IMG/VR virus record: IMGVR_UViG_3300042510_000354
Location: 48,418-68,417 of that record
Strand: one strand, 5' to 3'
DNA length: 20,000 nt
Source of the DNA: an uncultured virus (IMG/VR IMGVR_UViG_3300042510_000354)
Taxonomy: Duplodnaviria > Heunggongvirae > Uroviricota > Caudoviricetes
Shown: piece by piece, positions 16,134 through 20,000 of the stretch
How the letters are laid out: every line of letters starts with the position of its first letter
How positions within the stretch are numbered: position 1 is the stretch's first letter
The notes under the pieces: generated by a model
The model's database searches: none
What the model was told of the DNA's origin: nothing
Seen by the model: the letters and a program-made list of their open reading frames with translations, nothing else
Made by a program: the position numbers and the translations under genes

Positions 16134-16354
16134 AAAACTTTAAATTGTTAGATTGTATGAGAAGTGATTGTAGGTTTACGCTTACTGATACCGATAGGAC
16201 AGGTGGTTATTCTGCGCCTATGTATGACAAAGAAGGAAATAATTTAGCAGTAGATTTAAGTGTAACTACTGGTAAGTTAAGCTGCTCTTCTTGTAATCGA
16301 GTGTGGTCTTTTAAGGACACATATAATGACACTATTTATGAGGAAATAAAATGA
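16130..16354 (+). CDS. Zn-ribbon-like hypothetical protein
   Basis: CMRSDC...CSSC cysteine pairs; ATGA overlaps. Confidence 0.7.
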   Translation: MKNFKLLDCMRSDCRFTLTDTDRTGGYSAPMYDKEGNNLAVDLSVTTGKLSCSSCNRVWSFKDTYNDTIYEEIK

Positions 16355-16497
16355 GCGCTTGGTTGATAGGAGTAGTAGGTGTTGTATACACTGTAGTAGC
16401 AATTGATTTACTTATGAAGGGCAGTACAGGATTAGGTATTGCCTTTGTAGGTTATGCATTAGGTAATGTAGGATTATATATGGAAGCAGCAAAATGA
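16351..16497 (+). CDS. Small two-TM membrane protein, 48 aa (not in ORF track)
   Basis: GAGGA RBS; MSAWLIGVVGVVYTVVAIDLLMKGSTGLGIAFVGYALGNVGLYMEAAK; ATGA overlaps at both ends. Confidence 0.8.
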   Translation: MSAWLIGVVGVVYTVVAIDLLMKGSTGLGIAFVGYALGNVGLYMEAAK

Positions 16498-16706
16498 CTA
16501 GAGTAACTATTGATTTAGAACCTGAACAAATTGATTTAATTATTATTCAAGAATTAAAGGCAAACTATAAGTTTATTAATACTCACAGTTCAAATAATAA
16601 TGTTTTAGACAGAAGTATTTTACCTCACATACAAGCAATATTGGAATACTATATGACACCATCTGAAATAAATATTTGGAAAGCTGAAAATGAAATGGGT
16701 TTGTAG
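16494..16706 (+). CDS. Hypothetical protein
   Basis: 70-aa ORF with ATGA overlap. Confidence 0.65.
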   Translation: MTRVTIDLEPEQIDLIIIQELKANYKFINTHSSNNNVLDRSILPHIQAILEYYMTPSEINIWKAENEMGL

Positions 16707-16848
16707 GACAACGGGTAATCTTGACAAGGTATTCAAAACTCGTAAAGAGGCTATTGAATGGGCTAAACTTAACGCAAATGGAATTTACATTGTATGGAAA
16801 AAGAAACCACAAGAATCGATCTTGAGCAAGACATCCTTGCATGTATGA
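16690..16848 (+). CDS. Possible 52-aa hypothetical protein (not in ORF track)
   Basis: MKWVCRTTGNLDKVFKTRKEAIEWAKLNANGIYIVW...; FKTRKEA motif typical of small phage proteins; fills the 16706-16794 gap but overlaps the next ORF by 55 nt. Confidence 0.45.
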   Translation: MKWVCRTTGNLDKVFKTRKEAIEWAKLNANGIYIVWKKKPQESILSKTSLHV

Positions 16849-16979
16849 ATGTGATTGAGGATCTTCGTAAAATTGATAACGAGAATGATATTGAAGTATT
16901 AGCAAAATACTATGATTTAAAATTTAAACAATTATGGAATACATTTGAATGGCTAACTAATAGTGGAGATATTAAGTGA
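16794..16979 (+). CDS. Hypothetical protein
   Basis: RIDLEQDILAC...YDLKFKQLWNTFE helical pattern; GTGA overlap downstream. Confidence 0.7.
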   Translation: MEKETTRIDLEQDILACMNVIEDLRKIDNENDIEVLAKYYDLKFKQLWNTFEWLTNSGDIK

Positions 16980-17605
16980 ATGAACGTAAATTATTAGCTA
17001 ATGTAATGAGGACACCAGACGGTACTGTATTACAATCCTGTCATGTGCATGATTACGTAGAACACACAGATGCTAATGGTAAGTTGTATATGGTGGATGG
17101 TGGCGTCCAGTACATTCGTAGAACATGGCATGATGAAGATAATGGAGAAGACTTGTCAGTCTATGATGATGATCCTCATGCTAAAATTCGTGATTGGTTT
17201 CGATGGGGTACTTATGGCAAAGAAGGTAAGGGTCCACTTGTATGGTCAAAGCTAAAGCATTTATCAACGAATCATATTGAAAAAATTCTTGATGAAGGCT
17301 ATGCTCGTCAACACCTAGTTAAAGTATTTAGGGATGAGTTAGAGTTTCGTAAAGGTAAACCTTTAGCTATTCTAGTTGTTAAATTAGATAACGAAGCTGT
17401 TTCCTCTGATGGTGTTAATGATCACCTAAAGGGATTTTGTATTGGACATGAAGGTAGACCAGACTTAGTAAATCGATGGATTACTACTAGTGTTGTAGTT
17501 GGGCAACTGTCTGATAGTACTTTTGAAACATTAAATACTATTTACAATTTAGTTTATCCAGAGGAGGTACGTGTTGAATTCGTACAACGTAAACCTCTCA
17601 ACTAA
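16976..17605 (+). CDS. Hypothetical two-domain protein
   Basis: GGAG RBS, GTG start; N-domain TPDG..LQS.HVHDY...VDGG.QY.RR...WGTYGK; C-domain GH...WITTS.V...ETLNTIY.L. Confidence 0.8.
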   Translation: MNERKLLANVMRTPDGTVLQSCHVHDYVEHTDANGKLYMVDGGVQYIRRTWHDEDNGEDLSVYDDDPHAKIRDWFRWGTYGKEGKGPLVWSKLKHLSTNHIEKILDEGYARQHLVKVFRDELEFRKGKPLAILVVKLDNEAVSSDGVNDHLKGFCIGHEGRPDLVNRWITTSVVVGQLSDSTFETLNTIYNLVYPEEVRVEFVQRKPLN

Positions 17606-17819
17606 TAAGTTTGAGATATGGATTAATACTGACGCTAGATATGGTTGGTTTGAAGATAAGATTTTTGGTGACGAAAATGGAGGCGGTCTTTGGTTTGACA
17701 AAGATATGCAATTAGAAGACTATGATGGTGTTTATTTCTTACCTAATGATGTAAGGAATCAACTAATGAGAAACAACTATATTACACAGGAAATGTATGA
17801 AAATTCATCCTCATCATGA
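17571..17819 (+). CDS. Hypothetical protein
   Basis: Strong GAGGAGGT RBS; YGWFE..FGDENGGGLWF...LEDYDGVYFLP motif. Confidence 0.75.
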   Translation: MLNSYNVNLSTNKFEIWINTDARYGWFEDKIFGDENGGGLWFDKDMQLEDYDGVYFLPNDVRNQLMRNNYITQEMYENSSSS

Positions 17820-18093
17820 TTTAATTATTGCCTATCTAGAAGATAAGCAAATTCAGTACTATAGCTTAGGCGAATGGGTTGATGTGCCTAGACTATCAGT
17901 AATGGGTGGTAATTTCCCTAGCTTTAATGAAAATGTAGAGTATAGAGAAACGCCTAAAAACAAAATTTATAGGTATAATGTAATCCAGATTGGCAGAGCA
18001 CCTATATTTAAAGTAGCTACTCATGGTGAAATAGAAAATCTTGAGTTAGAGTTTGACGGTTCAGGTAATCTTATCTCAGCAAAAATTATTTAA
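17797..18093 (+). CDS. Hypothetical protein
   Basis: AGGA RBS; HxDLIIAY...IQ...W.D...P.F...EYRExP pattern. Confidence 0.7.
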   Translation: MKIHPHHDLIIAYLEDKQIQYYSLGEWVDVPRLSVMGGNFPSFNENVEYRETPKNKIYRYNVIQIGRAPIFKVATHGEIENLELEFDGSGNLISAKII

Positions 18094-18106
18094 TAAGGAA
18101 ATTAAA

Positions 18107-18382
18107 ATGCATACTATTAAAGAATTCATGTCAGGTTCTGTAAAAACATTTGAATTGCAGCCTAATTCAATTGCTACATCTGTTGCAGAGTATCGTACAA
18201 AAAATAATATTCATATGATGAAAGCTATTGTTAACGGTAAAATAACATCAGGAGTTTATAGAGAAAAAATATTCAATAAGATTAATAGCAATCTTGGAAA
18301 GCCATTTACATTTGTTTTTTACAACCTTGGTGGTAATAGTAGAATGATTTGCACAGTAGAAAAATTTTGGGGCATTAGATGA
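18107..18382 (+). CDS. Hypothetical protein
   Basis: TAAGGA RBS before ATG 18107 (preferred over track start 18053). Confidence 0.7.
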   Translation: MHTIKEFMSGSVKTFELQPNSIATSVAEYRTKNNIHMMKAIVNGKITSGVYREKIFNKINSNLGKPFTFVFYNLGGNSRMICTVEKFWGIR

Positions 18383-18882
18383 AAGTTTTAATTGGTGAAT
18401 ATCGAGATGATGACCTTGATCGAGAGATTGATGTTACAATCGATAATTATGATATCTGGAGTTTAGATCATACATTAGCTTATATTATTCATCCTGCTCT
18501 TGTTTTGCTTAAAGAAAAGAAACAGGGTAGCCCTAATATAGATGATGATGATGTTCCTGATTATCTTAAAAGTACAAGTGCCCCACCTAAAGAAAACGAG
18601 TGGGATACAGATGAAAATTGGTTTAAGCGATGGGACTGGATCATGGATGAAATGATCTGGTCATTTAAAACCAAAATTGACATTGATCATGATGCTCAGT
18701 TTTATTCTGGAACACATGACCTTCAATTTGTTAAATCAAAGGAATATCCATCTCTTTCTGAAATGGTAAGAGGACCTAATGATACCTTTAAAATAGACAT
18801 GGAAGGTCTAGAAAAACACGAGGCTAGGATCCAAAATGGATTTAGGCTATTTGGAAAGTATTATCAAGCACTATGGGATTAA
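18379..18882 (+). CDS. Conserved phage hypothetical protein
   Basis: IDNYDIWSLDHTLAYIIHPAL...RWDWIMDEMIWSF...GFRLFGKYYQALWD pattern recalled from lytic phages (not verified). Confidence 0.8.
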   Translation: MKVLIGEYRDDDLDREIDVTIDNYDIWSLDHTLAYIIHPALVLLKEKKQGSPNIDDDDVPDYLKSTSAPPKENEWDTDENWFKRWDWIMDEMIWSFKTKIDIDHDAQFYSGTHDLQFVKSKEYPSLSEMVRGPNDTFKIDMEGLEKHEARIQNGFRLFGKYYQALWD

Positions 18883-18885
18883 GAT

Positions 18886-19071
18886 ATGAGTAAAGGGTCT
18901 AAGCCAAGGCCATTTAGTGTGGCTCAAGAACAGTATGAAGCTAGGTGGGATTTGATCTTTGGTCGTGATAAAGGTGACAAAGAACGTGACTTTGCTTTCG
19001 ATAAAGCTCAGGATGCTTTAGAGAAGAAAGCTGAGGATGCTAGGGAACTAGGACTAGACTATGAAAGTTAA
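18886..19071 (+). CDS. Small phage hypothetical protein
   Basis: MSKGSKPRP...YEARWDLIFG N-terminal motif. Confidence 0.7.
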   Translation: MSKGSKPRPFSVAQEQYEARWDLIFGRDKGDKERDFAFDKAQDALEKKAEDARELGLDYES

Positions 19072-19282
19072 AGAATTAATCGAACAACTTAGTAAATTAG
19101 ACCCTGAAGTAATAGTCGTTAAGGCTGGTTATGAGGGAGGGGTCACTGAGATTGCAGGAACTGGTCCATGCACAATTGCATTAGACATTAACAATGAGTG
19201 GTACTATGGTCCTCATGAATTAGTAACTCCTAACAATAGTTACCCATTTAATAAACAGGCAAAGGCTGTCTTTATCAGCTAA
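19061..19282 (+). CDS. Hypothetical protein
   Basis: AGGA RBS; MKVKELIEQL..LDPE...GYEGG pattern. Confidence 0.75.
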   Translation: MKVKELIEQLSKLDPEVIVVKAGYEGGVTEIAGTGPCTIALDINNEWYYGPHELVTPNNSYPFNKQAKAVFIS

Positions 19283-19306
19283 AACTACCAGGGGACGCTA
19301 AAGAGA
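19281..19306 (+). promoter_or_regulatory. Putative phage single-subunit RNAP promoter, copy 1 (predicted +1 G19303)
   Basis: AAAACTACCAGGGGACGCTAAAGAGA; 25/26 identical to copy 2; intergenic; resembles SP6 AGGTGACACTATAGA. Confidence 0.65.
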
Positions 19307-19319
19307 AAGAGAGATCAAA

Positions 19320-19793
19320 ATGAACAAGTTAGCACTAATAATGCTACTTCTTTTTCCTCTACAATTATCTACTGTCACATCAATAGATTCAATTAACACG
19401 AAACTCTTTAATCTAGGGTTTCAACCTAAAAAAGAAGTAGACTGCCTAGCTCATAACATTTACCATGAAGCTAGGGGAGAGTCAATAAAGGGTCAGATAG
19501 CTGTTGCAGCTGTCACGATCAATAGACTCTTATCACAGGGGTATCCAACCTCTATTTGCCAAGTAGTCTATCAACCCAATCAGTTCTCTTGGGTTAAACT
19601 ACTAAAGAACCACTCACCTAAAGACAGGAAGAGATACGAGTTAGCTCATGCTATTGCATCTAACTACGTTCAAGGGAAGCTAAAAGATCCTACAAATGGT
19701 TCTATCTTCTATCATGCTCACTATGTCCTACCAAAGTGGGCTAGTAAAGTTACTAAAACTGTAACAATAGGCAATCATGTGTTTTATGCATGA
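19320..19793 (+). CDS. Cell wall hydrolase, SleB/Hydrolase_2 family, with N-terminal signal/anchor
   Basis: CLAHNIYHEARGE, VAAVTINR, VVYQPNQFSW, FYHA.YV.PKW, IGNHVFY; hydrophobic N-terminus. Confidence 0.9.
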   Translation: MNKLALIMLLLFPLQLSTVTSIDSINTKLFNLGFQPKKEVDCLAHNIYHEARGESIKGQIAVAAVTINRLLSQGYPTSICQVVYQPNQFSWVKLLKNHSPKDRKRYELAHAIASNYVQGKLKDPTNGSIFYHAHYVLPKWASKVTKTVTIGNHVFYA

Positions 19794-19806
19794 TTAGCCA
19801 AAAGAT

Positions 19807-19884
19807 CCCCTCCAGGGTACTCTTTAGCTGCTCCTTCGGGGGTGGTTAGAGGGTACTCTGGAGGGGTAATTCTTTTTTTTTTTT
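19807..19884 (+). terminator. Long RNA hairpin (28 bp, C-UUCG-G loop) followed by T12: terminator and/or processing site
   Basis: 19807-19834 pairs with 19839-19866 without mismatch (21 Watson-Crick + 7 G-U); T run at 19873-19884. Confidence 0.8.
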
Positions 19885-19888
19885 GTCA

Positions 19889-19914
19889 AAAACTACCAGG
19901 TGACGCTAAAGAGA
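19889..19914 (+). promoter_or_regulatory. Putative phage single-subunit RNAP promoter, copy 2 (predicted +1 G19911)
   Basis: AAAACTACCAGGTGACGCTAAAGAGA; 13/15 match to the SP6 core AGGTGACACTATAGA. Confidence 0.65.
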
Positions 19915-19944
19915 GAATCCTATCCAAAAGGGGGATTTAGGGGG

Positions 19945-20000
19945 TTAACTATAATAATATTTTAATTATTATTGTTATTGTTGTTATTATTAAAATAATA
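19945..20000. repeat. AT-rich low-complexity tract (TTA/TTG triplets, short inverted repeats)
   Basis: ataataatattttaattattattgttattgttgttattattaaaataata; truncated by the window end. Confidence 0.55.

Noticed and set aside
9797..17255. ORFs 9797-10009 (-), 13479-13676 (+), 16576-16905 (-) and 17070-17255 (+)
   Set aside because: Nested within or antisense to better-supported genes
19807..19866. Hairpin as tRNA, REP/MITE or DNA cruciform/telomere
   Set aside because: No cloverleaf, single copy, and G-U-dependent pairing works only as + strand RNA
19281..19914. The 26-bp direct repeat as a CRISPR mini-array or att/IS target duplication
   Set aside because: Only two copies 608 bp apart enclosing a whole gene; no spacer-sized interval, cas, integrase or transposase
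1..20000. Stop-codon reassignment (alternative genetic code)
   Set aside because: Conserved enzymes are full length under code 11; TAA, TGA and TAG all end genes at natural boundaries with coupled downstream starts

Overview
AT-rich, densely packed segment of a lytic-type tailed phage (Caudoviricetes) genome. All credible genes lie on the + strand and many overlap at start/stop codons. Positions 1-10430 form a replication and nucleotide-metabolism module: the C-terminal part of a T7-type family A DNA polymerase, a CCA/poly(A)-polymerase-type nucleotidyltransferase, a DenV-like glycosylase, dCMP deaminase, a 5'-3' exonuclease, a GIY-YIG-like nuclease, a T7 gp4-like primase-helicase, class Ia RNR (NrdA with an internal glutaredoxin domain, plus NrdB) and a ClpP-like protease, closed by a GAAA-loop terminator. 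Positions 10477-19282 are accessory genes: a stand-alone NAD+-ligase Ia-like domain, a 449-aa Cys/acidic-repeat protein coupled to an M28-type metallopeptidase, a second Zn deaminase and about 25 small hypothetical proteins. Five short ORFs missing from the supplied track were found across the window. At the end, a SleB-type cell wall hydrolase is bracketed by two near-identical 26-bp SP6-promoter-like motifs. It is followed by a 28-bp G-U-rich RNA hairpin with a UUCG loop, a T12 tract, G-tracts and an AT-rich stretch. No structural genes, integrase, tRNA, CRISPR array or RNA polymerase gene are visible in this window. All functional calls come from motifs read by eye; no database searches were run.
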